The notes beneath the pieces were generated by a model. The model did no database searches and had not been told where the DNA came from. It worked only from the letters and a program-made list of their open reading frames with translations. This document shows, in pieces, positions 63,010-64,000 of a DNA stretch of 64,000 nt. The first letter of the stretch is position 1, and every line of letters begins with the position of its first letter. Origin of the DNA: Chloropicon primus (lineage: Eukaryota); assembly GCA_023205875.1 (NCBI GenBank), contig CP060758.1, positions 558,001 through 622,000 of the forward strand. Reading direction: 5' to 3'. A program made the position numbers and the translations under genes.

Positions 63010-63482
63010 ATGGCCGGTCGAGGTGAAGGGCGTGGCCGAGGGGAGGCTGGAGGGCCAGGGCACATGCCGACGGCTTCCGGTTCGGTGGGAGGCCGAGGGA
63101 GGCCGACGTCGCTGCCCTTGCCGACGGAAGGAGGCCACTACCACAACCCGGCGCCGGGGTACGGAGGGGTGGAGTACTACAGTGGTCCTCGGCTTGCGGG
63201 GGTCGGGGGAGGGCAGGGCTTGGGGATGTCGGGGCACGCTGCGCAGAGGCAGCAGCCCAGGCCGAGCACGAGCCAGCAACCGACGCCTCCCAGCTGGGGG
63301 TGGGGCCTGACGGACCAGCAGTTGAAGACCCTGTACGGACAGGTGAGTGTGGAGACGTGTCTCCGTCGAATGCGCGCTGCTGGAGAAGAAGCGCAGAGTT
63401 TTTCTTCTTCTGCCTCTTCCGTGCGCGTGAACTTTCTTCCTGACCCTGGGCTTGCTTCCTTTTTTTGCGTGTGGCGGGAAAA

Positions 63483-63513
<31 letters not shown>

Positions 63514-64000
63514 ACTTTGCATGTCACGCAGATCGTGGCGTTCAAGTGCATCGTGAAGAAGAAGGCTGTCCCGCAGAACTTGGCGAACTCGCTGCATCCG
63601 CCGCCCCTGGAAAACAGGGGGCCCATACCGCACGCCCACGTGTTGCAGCTGCACTACGCGGCCCAGGCGGCCCACGAGGCAGCAGCGGCCCGGGGCGGGA
63701 GGGCGGGGCCCTCCTCCAGAGGCAGGGGGAGGGGCAAGGCCCCGAAGGCTCCAAAGCCCCCGAAAGTCTACAAGAGGGGGCCGTACAAGAAGAGGAAAAA
63801 GCCGGAGGACAAGCCGGAGGACGAATTCGAGAGCCAGCTGAACATGCTCAGGGATCTCACTGGAGAGATGGAGCCGGGCATCTCGGAGCCGGTCGCGAGC
63901 GCCGCGAAAATTCGAGTGGCGCCGGATCAGGTGCGAGATGCGGCGCAAGCCAGGCCCCACGAGGCGGAGAGAACGACGAGGCCTTACGAGAGGGCGCCAA
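63010..64000 (+). CDS. QLQ-domain protein (SWI/SNF ATPase BRM/SYD-like N-terminus, or GRF-like), 3' partial; exons 63010-63342 and 63532->64000
   Basis: Splicing GTGAGT..CAG (63343-63531) gives LTDQQLKTLYGQ|IVAFKCIVKKKAVPQNL, matching the QLQ consensus. The frame is open to the window end. Confidence 0.7.

Noticed and set aside
6091..63531. Introns as introner elements
   Set aside because: The 11 inferred introns share no sequence similarity beyond splice signals.
200..63960. Many long antisense or alternate-frame ORFs (e.g. 6068-7984, 8507-9958, 18551-20173, 24091-25896, 35807-37633, 37897-39489, 42256-43758)
   Set aside because: They are shadow ORFs of real genes caused by GC-rich codon bias, and they show no recognisable motifs.

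Overview
This is eukaryotic nuclear DNA from a very compact, GC-rich, intron-poor genome. It has short GT-AG introns with CTGAC branch motifs, TGTAA poly(A) signals and nucleus-encoded plastid proteins, all typical of a chlorophyte picoalga (the style suggests Chloropicon or a relative; this is inference, not verified). About 30 protein-coding genes tile the window with very short intergenic gaps. In order: a polycystin-1-like GPS/PLAT/IQ membrane protein (5' partial), a Ser/Thr kinase, kinesin-14, a ParA-like ATPase, a CNBD-family K+ channel, COG7, a subtilisin, RBM22, DHAD/ilvD, VPS8, a spliced bHLH, an EEF1AKMT4-like methyltransferase, ZSWIM7, TM9SF, an acyltransferase-3, kinesin-5, SERRATE, DRE2, plastid bL31, glutathione reductase, ceramide synthase, PTPDC1, MROH1/SGR6, an oxidoreductase-SelD fusion, kinesin-9, GDAP2, FEN1, HACD/PAS2 and a QLQ-domain gene (3' partial). 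Four genes (bHLH, ZSWIM7, bL31, QLQ) only appear after manual splicing. I found no convincing RNA gene, transposon or CRISPR array. The most notable items are the rearranged, channel-less polycystin-1-like protein, the bacterial-type ParA ATPase without a targeting peptide, a duplicated 78-bp hairpin in a divergent promoter, a FERM-F3-like kinesin-14, and a set of cilia-associated genes. All protein assignments come from motif recognition by eye; no database searches were run.
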